From positions 5,147-69,146 of the forward strand of contig CAZGVI010000013.1 in assembly GCA_964529395.1 (NCBI GenBank): a stretch of 64,000 nucleotides of DNA, read 5' to 3'. Every line of letters starts with the position of its first letter. The stretch's first letter is position 1. The DNA is from an uncultured Acetatifactor sp. GTDB taxonomy: Bacteria; Bacillota; Clostridia; Lachnospirales; Lachnospiraceae. The notes below the pieces were generated by a model. That model did no database searches, was not told the DNA's origin, and saw only the letters and a program-made list of their open reading frames with translations. The translations under genes were made by a program, and so were the position numbers. Below are positions 37,101-45,541 of this stretch, piece by piece.

Positions 37101-37357
37101 ATCTGCTCCTTTTTTACCAGCAGGATCAGTCCGGTATCCGGCTTTTTACAGGAGATCAGCTCTCCGGCGGCATGAGTCCCATCCATATCCCGCAGATCGG
37201 CAAAAATCATATCCGCCCGTGCAGCCAGCTCTTCCCGAAGACTGTCGCTCTCTGAAAAAGTATGGGTAAACGACTCCAGCGGAGTCATCTCCCTGACTGT
37301 CCTCCATAGATCCGGCTGACGACCTATGAGATAAATTTGCAAATGACAATGATACAT
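34196..37357 (-). CDS. Hybrid sensor histidine kinase/response regulator (PAS-PAS-HisKA-HATPase-REC-REC)
   Basis: H-box FLSNMSHDIRTPMNAI, N-box NLMSNAVKYT, G-box GTGLG, two receivers (IIDWTLPD, LMDVQMP); start 37357 or 37384. Confidence 0.92.
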   Translation of the reverse strand: MYHCHLQIYLIGRQPDLWRTVREMTPLESFTHTFSESDSLREELAARADMIFADLRDMDGTHAAGELISCKKPDTGLILLVKKEQMDALTEYLPQIQDIWILPMSEEELRFRFLRWQQSVKMQKDYWETSQYLETTVNSVPNLIWYKDKDGVHEKVNDCFCSMVHKTRQQVEGYRHAHIWDVEQDDPACIESERIVMEKKETCVAGECIQTQEGTRLLTTYKSPLYDVDGSVMGTVGVGIDVTKEQEYAQELLNKAQTLEAVFTSMDCGIMCHSLDGSRITRINGAALHILGYESLSELMAAGFDMIATSVLEEDRPKLRQSLKALRQEGDSITVAYRVQHADGKILHVMGNFKLIRENGELLYQRFLLDCTAQKQHDEIKQREKDEHQIELIHALSIEYNLVCYFDLNTGRGNSLRTGECRENVLKNIFVGELSLETCIEDYIESCVYPDDREILRQAVSCQRLERELSEKKMCFANYRTACGGEMRYFQMIAVRAGEWDKNRGIVLGFRSVDEEIRSEMEKKALLEDALSQANRANEAKSVFLSNMSHDIRTPMNAIIGFTTLALSHIDHKEHVEMYLQKIMTSGNHLLSLINDILDMSRIESGKMHLEEKPCSLPDILHNLRSIMQADIHAKQLELYMDAKGIRNEDIYCDGLRLNQVFLNLMSNAVKYTNPGGKVIVKAVEKEGAPEGFASYDFHIIDTGIGMSEEFLEHIFEPFERERNSTISKIQGTGLGMSITKNIVDMMKGTIEVKSRQGEGTECIVSFMFRLYQGKKDPGIIPELKDLKALVVNADFNACDSVSSMLQQIGLRAEWTMSGKEAILRTRQAVMRKDSYRVYIIDWTLPDMNGIEVARRIRKETGRDIPIVVLTAYDWSEIEDEALEAGITAFCSKPLFLSELRSCLNSVLSTETESDVQHKEPQELDKGRILLTEDNELNQEIATAILEGAGFTIEVAENGQVAVDMLSRSQPGYYQMILMDVQMPVMNGYEATRIIRKLENRELATIPILAMTANAFEEDKQEALRSGMNGHIAKPINIEVLMQELDKVLKQER

Positions 37358-37455
37358 TGGCTCTTCCCCCGTGCGGCGCAACATTTTATGTAGTACTTTA
37401 ACCCTATACTAATTCTATCAATCCCTCGGCGCTATGTCAATAAAAGAATGCTGAT

Positions 37456-37857
37456 CTAAGGGTTCAGAAGTTCCATTACGTATTGCCCTTCGATCAGTTT
37501 GAAACCGTTATGTTGATAATATTTTATCAGGGGTTCGTTCTCCGCTATCAGAATGATATACAGATAGTCCTTATACTTTTCTTTAATACGTTTTAGCAGT
37601 TCCCTGCCTATGCCCTGCCCCTGATACGCGGGATCCACGCACAGGTAATGCACATAGGCGGTCAGTTCGCTGTCGTCTATGGCGTTGATCAGACCGATCA
37701 GCCTGCCGCCGCACCAGGCAGTGTACACCGTCTCACAGTGATCCAGAGCCTTCTTTAGTCTCCCCGGATAGTCGGCGGAGCGCCAGTCAACAGAACGAAA
37801 CAGCGCCTGCAGCTCCTCCATGGTGTATTCTCTTTTGTCTGTATATATAATGTCCAT
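37456..37857 (-). CDS. GNAT family N-acetyltransferase
   Basis: YVHYLCVDPAYQGQGIGRELL acetyl-CoA motif A; start MDIIY at 37857 after GGAGG. Confidence 0.9.
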   Translation of the reverse strand: MDIIYTDKREYTMEELQALFRSVDWRSADYPGRLKKALDHCETVYTAWCGGRLIGLINAIDDSELTAYVHYLCVDPAYQGQGIGRELLKRIKEKYKDYLYIILIAENEPLIKYYQHNGFKLIEGQYVMELLNP

Positions 37858-38014
37858 ATCCGCCTCCCACATATAATCATTTCTCTTGTATTTTAGCACC
37901 GGCCGCAAAGCTTATCAAGGCTTTCTGAGTCTGAACGCCGCACCTGCTTATTTCAGGCCGTCTTATTATAATCAAAAAAATGGATGTATCTGTGCCGTTT
38001 TTAGTACTTCCATG

Positions 38015-38055
38015 GTGATGTCATCACAGAAACGCGCAACATCCCGGGGTATAAT
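38015..38055 (+). promoter_or_regulatory. Candidate Crp/Fnr-type site plus -10 box upstream of the rhodanese/CoA-disulfide reductase operon
   Basis: Palindrome GTGATG-T-CATCAC (38015-38027) centred about 41 bp upstream of the start site predicted from TATAAT at 38050-38055. Confidence 0.4.
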
Positions 38056-38180
38056 AAGTAAAAAGCTCCGCATTTAACTCTACTGAACAGAATGTGCGCT
38101 GAGGCGCACAAAATCAAGGTATAATGAGGTTAAAAGAACAGGTGTGAAAAATTTTCACAATGATTTAGGAGGTGTCTGAT

Positions 38181-38501
38181 ATGGGTATTTTCAATTCATT
38201 AAAACAGCCGGATATCAATCAGGGTGTGGTCAAATACAAAGCCGCTCCGGGCGCCATTTTGCTGGATGTCCGAACAGCTCAGGAATACCGGCAGGGCCAT
38301 ATCCCCGGCAGCAAAAACCTTCCGCTACAGACCATTGACAAGATCGTATCCCTTGCAGAACGCAAGGATACACCGCTGTATGTGTACTGTTACTCCGGGG
38401 CCAGAAGCAGGCAGGCAGTGAGTATGTTGCAGCGCATGGGATATACCGATGTGACCAATATCGGCGGCATTGCCGCCTATTCCGGAAAGGTGGAACAATA
38501 G
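38181..38501 (+). CDS. Rhodanese-like domain protein
   Basis: LLDVRTAQEYRQGHIPGS, VYCYSGARS; RBS AGGAGG before ATG at 38181. Confidence 0.92.
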   Translation: MGIFNSLKQPDINQGVVKYKAAPGAILLDVRTAQEYRQGHIPGSKNLPLQTIDKIVSLAERKDTPLYVYCYSGARSRQAVSMLQRMGYTDVTNIGGIAAYSGKVEQ

Positions 38502-38502
38502 T

Positions 38503-40194
38503 ATGAAAGTTGTTATCATAGGCGGCGTGGCCGGAGGCGCTACTGCCGCAGCAAGAATCCGAAGACTTGACGAACAGGCTGAGATCGTCGTGTTTGAGCG
38601 CTCGGGCTATATCTCCTATGCCAACTGCGGTCTGCCTTACTATATCGGGGACGTGATCACGGACCCGGAAGATCTGACGCTCCAGACGCCGGAAAGCTTT
38701 TATACCCGGTTTCGGATCGATATGAAAGTGCGGCATGAAGTCACGTCCATACATCCGGACAGGAAGACCGTTTCCGTAAAAAATCTGGAAACGGGGGCGG
38801 AGTTCGAGGAAGAATATGACAAGCTGATTCTATCACCCGGCGCCAAGCCCACACAGCCCCGGATTCCCGGCGTCGGCATTGATAAACTGTTCACCCTGCG
38901 GACGGTGGAGGACACTCTCCGCATCAAAGAATACATCAATGGGAATCGCCCAAAGTCCGCCGTTCTGGCAGGCGGCGGTTTTATCGGACTGGAGCTGGCG
39001 GAGAATCTGCGGGAAATCGGCATGGATGTGACCATTGTTCAGCGCCCCAAACAGCTGATGAATCCCTTTGACAGCGATATGGCATCCTTTATCCACGGCA
39101 CTGTGCGCAGGCATGGGATCAAGCTGGCCCTGGGGCATACCGTGGAGGGGTTTGAGGAAAAAGACGGCGGCGTGGATGTTCTGCTGAAAGGGGAGGCTCC
39201 TCTCCACGCGGACATGGTGGTTCTCGCCATCGGCGTCACCCCGGACACCCGCCTGGCCAAGGATGCGGGCCTTGCGCTGGGCATTAAGAACAGCATCTTG
39301 GTCAACGACCGTATGGAAACTTCCATTTCCGATATCTATGCCGTCGGCGACGCGGTACAGGTAAAGCATTACGTCACCGGAGAAGATGCTCTGATCTCTC
39401 TCGCGGGGCCTGCCAATAAGCAGGGGCGTATCGCCGCGGACAATATCTGCGGCGGAGACAGCCGTTATTCGGGAAGTCAGGGAAGTTCCGTCATTAAAGT
39501 GTTTGAGCTGACCGCGGCCGTTACAGGCGTCAATGAGACCAATGCCAGAAAAGCGGGACTTAATGTGGATACCGTTATCCTGTCTCCCATGAGTCACGCG
39601 GGTTATTACCCCGGCGGCAGGGTTATGACCATGAAAGTGGTGTTCGAGAGGGAAACTTACCGTCTGCTGGGAGCGCAGATCGTGGGATATGAGGGAGTGG
39701 ACAAACGTATCGACGTACTGGCCACCGCCATCCACGCGGGCCTAAAAGCCACGCAACTCAAGGATCTGGATCTGGCCTACGCGCCGCCCTATTCTTCCGC
39801 GAAAGATCCGGTGAACATGGCTGGCTTTATGATCGAGAACATTGCGGAGGGACGGATGAAACAATGGCATCTGAAAGATGTGGGAAAACTCCCCAAGGAC
39901 GGCAGCGCGACGCTGCTGGATGTGAGAACAGTCAGGGAATATGCCGACGGGCATATCGAGAGCTTTCGGAATATTCCGGTGGATGAACTTCGGGAGCGCA
40001 TTCATGAGATCGCTCCCGGCAAGCCGGTATATGTCATCTGTCAGAGCGGTCTGCGCAGCTACATTGCCGCCCGGATCTTGGAGGGAAACGGTTTTGAAAC
40101 CTACAATTTCTCCGGCGGTTTCCGATATTATGACGCGGTGACAAACGACCGGTGCCTGATTGAGAGAGCCGCCGCCTGCGGTATGGATCAGTGA
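38503..40194 (+). CDS. CoA-disulfide reductase-like FAD-dependent pyridine nucleotide-disulfide oxidoreductase with C-terminal rhodanese domain
   Basis: GGVAGG FAD motif, SYANCGLPY redox Cys, GGGFIGLE, YAPPYS, VICQSGLRS. Confidence 0.92.
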   Translation: MKVVIIGGVAGGATAAARIRRLDEQAEIVVFERSGYISYANCGLPYYIGDVITDPEDLTLQTPESFYTRFRIDMKVRHEVTSIHPDRKTVSVKNLETGAEFEEEYDKLILSPGAKPTQPRIPGVGIDKLFTLRTVEDTLRIKEYINGNRPKSAVLAGGGFIGLELAENLREIGMDVTIVQRPKQLMNPFDSDMASFIHGTVRRHGIKLALGHTVEGFEEKDGGVDVLLKGEAPLHADMVVLAIGVTPDTRLAKDAGLALGIKNSILVNDRMETSISDIYAVGDAVQVKHYVTGEDALISLAGPANKQGRIAADNICGGDSRYSGSQGSSVIKVFELTAAVTGVNETNARKAGLNVDTVILSPMSHAGYYPGGRVMTMKVVFERETYRLLGAQIVGYEGVDKRIDVLATAIHAGLKATQLKDLDLAYAPPYSSAKDPVNMAGFMIENIAEGRMKQWHLKDVGKLPKDGSATLLDVRTVREYADGHIESFRNIPVDELRERIHEIAPGKPVYVICQSGLRSYIAARILEGNGFETYNFSGGFRYYDAVTNDRCLIERAAACGMDQ

Positions 40195-40854
40195 TCATGT
40201 GTTTCCGATCTCGCGCAGCTTCGCCTCCTCCAAAATCACCACGGTGCCGCGAGATAATCCGACCATCCCTTCACTCTGAAAATAGCGGAGCATACGGGTA
40301 ATCACCTCCCGGTGGGAACCCAGATGTTTCGCTATGATTTCATGGGTGATCTTCAGTTCGTTTGTTCCCTCAATGGAGGCTTCCTCCAGCAGAAAAGCCG
40401 CGACACGCTTATCCAGACTCTTCCACATGATCTGTTCTATGAGCCACATAACATCAGAAAAACGGGCCGCCATCAGCTCATTGGTATAGTTGGCCAGGGC
40501 TGCGGATTCCTCCATGATCCCCTGATAGACCCCTGTGGGGATGATCCACAGTTCGGTATCCTTCTCTGTCTCAACGGTCACTTCAAATTGAATGGAACGT
40601 ATCATACAGGAGGCCGAAAACAGGCACATATCCCTGTCAAACAGCCGGTAGATCGTGATTTCCCGCCCCTCGTCCGAGAGAAGGTACGCCCTCAGCTGCC
40701 CGGATTTCACCAGCAGCAGTCCCGCACAGTCCGTGCTGTCGCCGTGGATCACTGTGCCCCCGGGAAATCTCTTCGTGACCAGGCCGCCCAACAGCCGTTC
40801 TCTCTGAACCGTGGTCAACTTGTTCCAAACGGGAAAATACTCTTGAAAATCCAT
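40195..40854 (-). CDS. Crp/Fnr family transcriptional regulator
   Basis: cNMP-like domain and HTH ITHEIIAKHLGSHREVITRML; start at 40854 after AAGGA. Confidence 0.92.
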   Translation of the reverse strand: MDFQEYFPVWNKLTTVQRERLLGGLVTKRFPGGTVIHGDSTDCAGLLLVKSGQLRAYLLSDEGREITIYRLFDRDMCLFSASCMIRSIQFEVTVETEKDTELWIIPTGVYQGIMEESAALANYTNELMAARFSDVMWLIEQIMWKSLDKRVAAFLLEEASIEGTNELKITHEIIAKHLGSHREVITRMLRYFQSEGMVGLSRGTVVILEEAKLREIGNT

Positions 40855-40879
40855 GATATTCTCCTTTTCCTTAATACGA

Positions 40880-41572
40880 TTACCCATAAAGGAGCGACTC
40901 ACACACATACTGGGAACATTGCCGCGTTATCTCTTTTGCGGCGGACAGAACAAAGCCGTCAAGTTCCCCGGCGGAGAGATAGGTATCCCGCGCCCTGACA
41001 TTAGCCGCCCCGTCCCGGTAGAACGCTGTGATAAACTCTCTGCGCTTTTCAAAAGCATCCTGCGCAAAAAAGTCCACATACCGATTGCGCAGATCATCCA
41101 TGTTCTCATAGATCCGAAACGCTTCAAAGTCCGGGTTTTCTCTAAGATACATAAAATCCATGTCATACCAGTCCCGCTTTATCTTTTTCCAAAAAGCGTC
41201 CCTGTCTCCGGCAAACAGGTCGGGAAACTTATTTTTGGCTCCATAAGCCATCTCTTTGGCCCACAGCTTATCCGCCAGCAGATGAGTCAGATACCCGAAG
41301 TAAAAAGTATAGGTCCTGCCGTCATAGTCTTTTCGCTGCGCATCGGTAAAAAACCGCTCTATAAAGTCTTCTTCATGTACATCCTTTATGCCGCTCGGAT
41401 CTATCGTACGGAAATGGGAGACTTCCGCATCCGGCAGATAGCCGCTGCCGTCCGCTTTGGGAATGCCGCTGTCCGGCGCGATGTTCCCCAGTATAAACTT
41501 GTCGATATACTTTAAGCCAAGCTGTCGGTAGATTCCCTGCGCCACCCGCAGGTGTATGATCCATATGGCCAT
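40880..41572 (-). CDS. Zinc-dependent phospholipase C-like/metal-binding hydrolase family protein
   Basis: MAIWIIHLRVA, GNIAPDS, SHF and GYLTHLLADKLW metal-ligand pattern; start at 41572 after GGGAG. Confidence 0.65.
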   Translation of the reverse strand: MAIWIIHLRVAQGIYRQLGLKYIDKFILGNIAPDSGIPKADGSGYLPDAEVSHFRTIDPSGIKDVHEEDFIERFFTDAQRKDYDGRTYTFYFGYLTHLLADKLWAKEMAYGAKNKFPDLFAGDRDAFWKKIKRDWYDMDFMYLRENPDFEAFRIYENMDDLRNRYVDFFAQDAFEKRREFITAFYRDGAANVRARDTYLSAGELDGFVLSAAKEITRQCSQYVCESLLYG

Positions 41573-41586
41573 CCTACTTCTCCCCT

Positions 41587-43101
41587 CTAAAATACATGGG
41601 TGCGGAAAGGCGCTACCGGCAGGCCGTTTGCTCCAAAGAGCGTCACTTCCCCGTAATTGGTCCACAGATATCTGGCCATAACCGGCTCCTCTATCTCCCC
41701 ACAGGCCAAAAAGATCTTATTCCCTTCCAAAACCACAACATCCGCCTCCATAAACACGCCGTCCGCGCCGGCAAGTTCAAAGCCGGACACTTTCTTTCCG
41801 CGGCAGACAAAACAGACCCCCACATGATCGAAAGTCAGTTCCATCCCGCCCTTATAGTAGCGGAAATCCCGGTATATGGGGCCAAACGCCTCCTCCTCGG
41901 GGATCACATGGTACACGCCGCACAGTGCCTGTAGGGCCAGCCTTTCCCCCACGGGCTTTTTATTCTTGGGATGGATCTCGTGAAACTGTCCGCAGTCGAT
42001 AGCAACCGCAATACCCGTGTTTCGGATCATATCAAAGGTTCGCATCTGGCTCTCCCGGATGATGCACCAGCTCTTGGTGTCCGGGTCGTGCTGGTATCTA
42101 TGCATGGGGAGCTGCACCATCAGAAATGGCAGTCTGTCGTCGTTCCAGTCCCGTCTCCACTGCTCTATCAGACCCGTAAACAGCTCATAATAATCCTGAG
42201 GCCTGTGGTCGTCACTCTCCCCCTGATAATAGATAAACCCTTTGAGCGTATAAGGCGCTACCCTTTTTAACATGGTTTCATACAGACCTGCCGGTCTGGT
42301 GAAGTTGGCGCAGTTCATAGGGCCGGGATACCGGCAGGGACCAATCAGTTCCTGCACCTTGTCAAATGCCATCATCGGCTCTTTCTCATAGACGGCCGCC
42401 GCCCTTTTGTCCCAATCCTCCTGATATGCCTGATATTCCTGATATTCTTTGATCTGCTCCGGCTCAGACCTCTGCACGGCCTGAGAGTTGTCATAATCTT
42501 CCACATAGCTGCGGGTGGCCTGACGGGACAGCAGGGCCTCACGGCTCATCCAGCAGCTTGCGGAAGTACCGCCCCAATTACAGCCGATGATCCCTATAGG
42601 CACCTGCAGCCGCTCCGCCAGCTCCCGCGCGAAATAAAATCCCACGGCGGACCATTTCGCCGCCTCCTGTTCTCCGAACCGCTCCCAGCAAGAGGCCCTC
42701 TCCACCTCCTCAAAATCCGCGCCTTTATAAGCCTGCTTAGGAGTATAATAAAAGCGCACCAGAGGAAAGTTTCCGACTTGCAGGATCTCTTTTCCGCCCT
42801 CTGCGTCCTTCAGCTCCAGCTCCATGTTGGACTGCCCTCCGGCCAGCCACACCTCGCCCACGGCAACATCCGTAAAGCGAACGGTTTCCTCTCCGTCGCT
42901 GATCTCCATGCACAGATTCTCTCCGGCCTCCCGCTCCGGCAGATAGGCTGTCCATCTTCCATCCCGGCATATGGCGCCGGCACGGTCGTCTCCCAGGGAC
43001 ACACAGATCTGCCTGCCGCTCTCTCCCTGGCCGAATACGCATATCTTTTTGTTTCGCTGCAACACCATATGGTCGCTGAATACCGCTGCCGCTCTTAACA
43101 T
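41587..43101 (-). CDS. Sialate O-acetylesterase / carbohydrate acetylesterase (SGNH)
   Basis: HMVLQR, WLAGGQSNME, IYYQGESD, EIHPKNKKPVGERLA, LPVAPFRT. Confidence 0.9.
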   Translation of the reverse strand: MLRAAAVFSDHMVLQRNKKICVFGQGESGRQICVSLGDDRAGAICRDGRWTAYLPEREAGENLCMEISDGEETVRFTDVAVGEVWLAGGQSNMELELKDAEGGKEILQVGNFPLVRFYYTPKQAYKGADFEEVERASCWERFGEQEAAKWSAVGFYFARELAERLQVPIGIIGCNWGGTSASCWMSREALLSRQATRSYVEDYDNSQAVQRSEPEQIKEYQEYQAYQEDWDKRAAAVYEKEPMMAFDKVQELIGPCRYPGPMNCANFTRPAGLYETMLKRVAPYTLKGFIYYQGESDDHRPQDYYELFTGLIEQWRRDWNDDRLPFLMVQLPMHRYQHDPDTKSWCIIRESQMRTFDMIRNTGIAVAIDCGQFHEIHPKNKKPVGERLALQALCGVYHVIPEEEAFGPIYRDFRYYKGGMELTFDHVGVCFVCRGKKVSGFELAGADGVFMEADVVVLEGNKIFLACGEIEEPVMARYLWTNYGEVTLFGANGLPVAPFRTHVF

Positions 43102-43340
43102 ATTTTTTCTCCTTTTATCGACATATCTTTTTCTCTTTACCCATTATATTTTTCCCCATTTCGTTTCTCTTCTCCTTTCACATGTATCTGTAGTAAAACA
43201 AATTTGCAATCCCGTATACTATACACATTTGTAAATCGCATTGTCTATCTTACTACCCTCTTTTTTGTTTGTCAAATCGAAAACAGCGAAAATTGGCCAG
43301 AAAATCGTGCCACGGATGAGATTAAATTTAAATTATTTTG

Positions 43341-43403
43341 TTTATGTCAATGATATAGATATTTATGTAATTGACATAGATAAACTTATAATTGATATAA
43401 ATT
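43341..43403 (+). repeat. Three phased 21-bp imperfect direct repeats
   Basis: tttatgtcaatgatatagata / tttatgtaattgacatagata / aacttataattgatataaatt; cores at 43349, 43370 and 43391. Confidence 0.75.
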
Positions 43404-43507
43404 TTTCTGGTGAATATTTGTGGATAAAAAAAGTTTTTAGACTTGTATAAGACTTTATATATACTATAAGATGGGGTGATAATCTAATTTATTCAATATG
43501 TATATAC

Positions 43508-43536
43508 TTGCCATATATTAGAAAATATGTTATATT
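43508..43536 (+). promoter_or_regulatory. Promoter of the type I toxin mRNA
   Basis: TTGCCA - 17 bp - TATATT with extended -10 TG. Confidence 0.7.
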
Positions 43537-43630
43537 ACCTGTACGGAAAAGTCATAGAGCCAAGGCGGCTTTACCCTCTGTTTTTTCGGAGGGATGAAAC
43601 CCTCCAGACGAAAGAAAGGAGGGTAATACA

Positions 43631-43726
43631 ATGTTTGTTACATATGAGAATTTAATTCAAATTGGAATATTCATTGTAAGTCTGATCGGATTGTGTTATG
43701 CAATCTTTAAAGATAGAAAAAAATAG
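43631..43726 (+). CDS. Putative holin-like type I toxin, 31 aa (MFVTYENLIQIGIFIVSLIGLCYAIFKDRKK); not in the ORF track
   Basis: Strong RBS AAGGAGGG, single hydrophobic helix, basic C-terminus, long-range 5'/3' UTR pairing. Confidence 0.85.
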   Translation: MFVTYENLIQIGIFIVSLIGLCYAIFKDRKK

Positions 43727-43820
43727 CCGCCACTACCTACAATAGTGACGGCTGATGCTGTAAAGCGTTACGCTATTTACTGTAAAGGGTAGAGCCGCCT
43801 CTATGGCTTTTCCCTTTTCT
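43717..43820 (-). ncRNA. Putative antisense antitoxin sRNA (~105 nt) overlapping the toxin 3' UTR
   Basis: Minus-strand promoter TTGCAT (43850-43855) - 17 bp - TATATT (43827-43832); terminator gccgtcacta/tagtggcggc followed by a U7 tract. Confidence 0.7.
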
Positions 43821-44000
43821 ATGCTTAATATAGCATACTCCGGCAGAAGATGCAAGGTGATTTTATAAATTTTCCCTTTGCCTCACAAAATCGTATACTA
43901 TGTATTTTGCGGGGCATATCTGATCAGATTGTTTAGAGCTAAATACCAGCAAAATGCAGAACTATTTCAATTACACAAACGATGTGATCATTAATATAAA

Positions 44001-44947
44001 TGGTGTTAGTCAGCAAGTGGGGTGGTAAAGCTATATAGCCACCAGTCCGACTGTCCTAATATCTTTACCTCTATGATGATAGTCGATGCCCGTAACCGTC
44101 AGTGCCGCATCAGTCAGCCGCCTGATGATATTTTCGGCATTCCGGTAGGTAGCTGCAAAAAGAGCGTTATACCTGTTGATGTATTTGCTTGCTACTCCAC
44201 GATCAAACACATACCGTTGCTTGATGAAACTGTGCAGCCCATTTACAGTGTTCAGGTTATAAAAACAGGCATCTCTGCACTACGGTTATTGCAATCCTTA
44301 ACGGTACAGTCTGCAATTCCCAGAAATGCGTGGTAACTGCGCAGACCGTCGCAAAGGGCAAGGATCCTGTCTGCGATATGACCATCAAATATACTGATAA
44401 ATTCCGCAGCACTGGGCTTTGCCCTGTTGATGGTGGCACCAATGGCATCCCCATTACGCTGGATGCCTGTGCAGATGCACACATACTCATTAGAAATACC
44501 TCTTTTTTCGGCTTTTGCCCCATGTTTGCGAGGGTTTCCTGGTACAGATCCGTCAAACTCTTTTCCCTTGTAGCAGTCAAGGACAAAGGTTTCGTCAAAT
44601 TCGGACACACCGCCAAGACAGACACTGCTTAATTCAGGGAACTGTTGCAGGGACATAAGTATTTTGTGCCGCATATCAAAGACAGCCTGATGGGAACAGC
44701 CGATTCTCTGCGCGGTGTAATCAATGGCATTGCCATGAAGGGTGTCCCTTATAACTTCACGCCATATCCCTGCCGGGAAATGGGAGTTTGACATAATAGT
44801 ATGGGTAGTCGGGACAAAAGTCCTTGTGCAGATTTACAGAGGAATCTCTGTCAAAGCCAATGTCTGTATTTTGTTAGTACTTAGCTGGGTGCTGTTTACA
44901 AAAATCGAAATTTTCCCAAGGAAAATCCACATATCTGTAAAACACCA
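44001..44947 (-). mobile_element. Degenerate IS1595-family insertion sequence
   Basis: Imperfect terminal inverted repeats TGGTGTTnnnCAG at 44001 and 44947; contains a frameshifted transposase. Confidence 0.6.
44031..44860 (-). pseudogene. Frameshifted IS1595 (ISXO2-like) transposase
   Basis: Fragments in different frames: QRFLCKS / CTRTFVPTTHTIM..EFDETFV..RGIS..CDGLRSY / FYNLNTVNGLHSFIKQRYVFDRGVASKYINRY..; stop at 44031-44033. Confidence 0.85.
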
Positions 44948-44968
44948 ATAAAAATTTGATGCAGGGGG

Positions 44969-44997
44969 TTGACACACCGAAAACTTAATGATAGTGT
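44969..44997 (+). promoter_or_regulatory. Candidate promoter of the 45050-46487 unit
   Basis: TTGACA - 17 bp - TAGTGT, overlapped by an acacac/gtgtgt inverted repeat. Confidence 0.45.
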
Positions 44998-45049
44998 GTT
45001 TAATGTATACCTATTCAAATAATAGTTAAAGTATGTCAGGAGGTTTGAA

Positions 45050-45520
45050 ATGCAAGTGAATATTGCCATGAACGAAGACAGCAAAGAGCAGGCTGCATAT
45101 CTCAGAGCTGCCTATTTTCCCGACAAAACATCTCGTCAGATACGAGATTCCTTTATCTTTGACCAGTGTATTGTGCAATTTAACGATGACATCAAGGTTT
45201 TGCAGACCTATATAACCCGGGAATTACCCTGTACCACGTCCCAGAGAATGTTATCGCTGAAAGCCGAGTCCTATGAGCGTTTAAAGTGCATTGCCGCAGC
45301 GCTGAATGTTTCCGTAGCAGCAACATTCCGCGCGATTATCGCATATAGCGTAGAGCATATTGATGGCAAAACCAATATTACTGGCAATGAAATGAATTCC
45401 GAAACTGCGGAGATTACACAGACATTGACCGTAAAGATAACCGCTTTAGAGAAACAGTTAACAGAGTGTACACAGAGTATCGCAGAAATCAAGGCGTTAA
45501 TGTATTTGCTTCAAAAATAG
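45050..45520 (+). CDS. Hypothetical protein, possible ribbon-helix-helix DNA-binding region plus C-terminal coiled coil
   Basis: RBS AGGAGG; RMLSLKAESYERLKCIAAALNVSVAATFRAII resembles RHH; heptad-rich tail. Confidence 0.65.
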   Translation: MQVNIAMNEDSKEQAAYLRAAYFPDKTSRQIRDSFIFDQCIVQFNDDIKVLQTYITRELPCTTSQRMLSLKAESYERLKCIAAALNVSVAATFRAIIAYSVEHIDGKTNITGNEMNSETAEITQTLTVKITALEKQLTECTQSIAEIKALMYLLQK

Positions 45521-45541
45521 CGCAGGGTAAGGAGAGAGGAA

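Noticed and set aside
40192-40197. Back-to-back stop codons of CoADR and Crp/Fnr genes with no intergenic DNA
   Set aside because: Both proteins end at normal-looking positions; compact convergent packing rather than a lesion.
43241-43450. 69-aa ORF in the AT-rich region
   Set aside because: Non-ATG start, no RBS, and spans the 21-bp repeat array; likely spurious.
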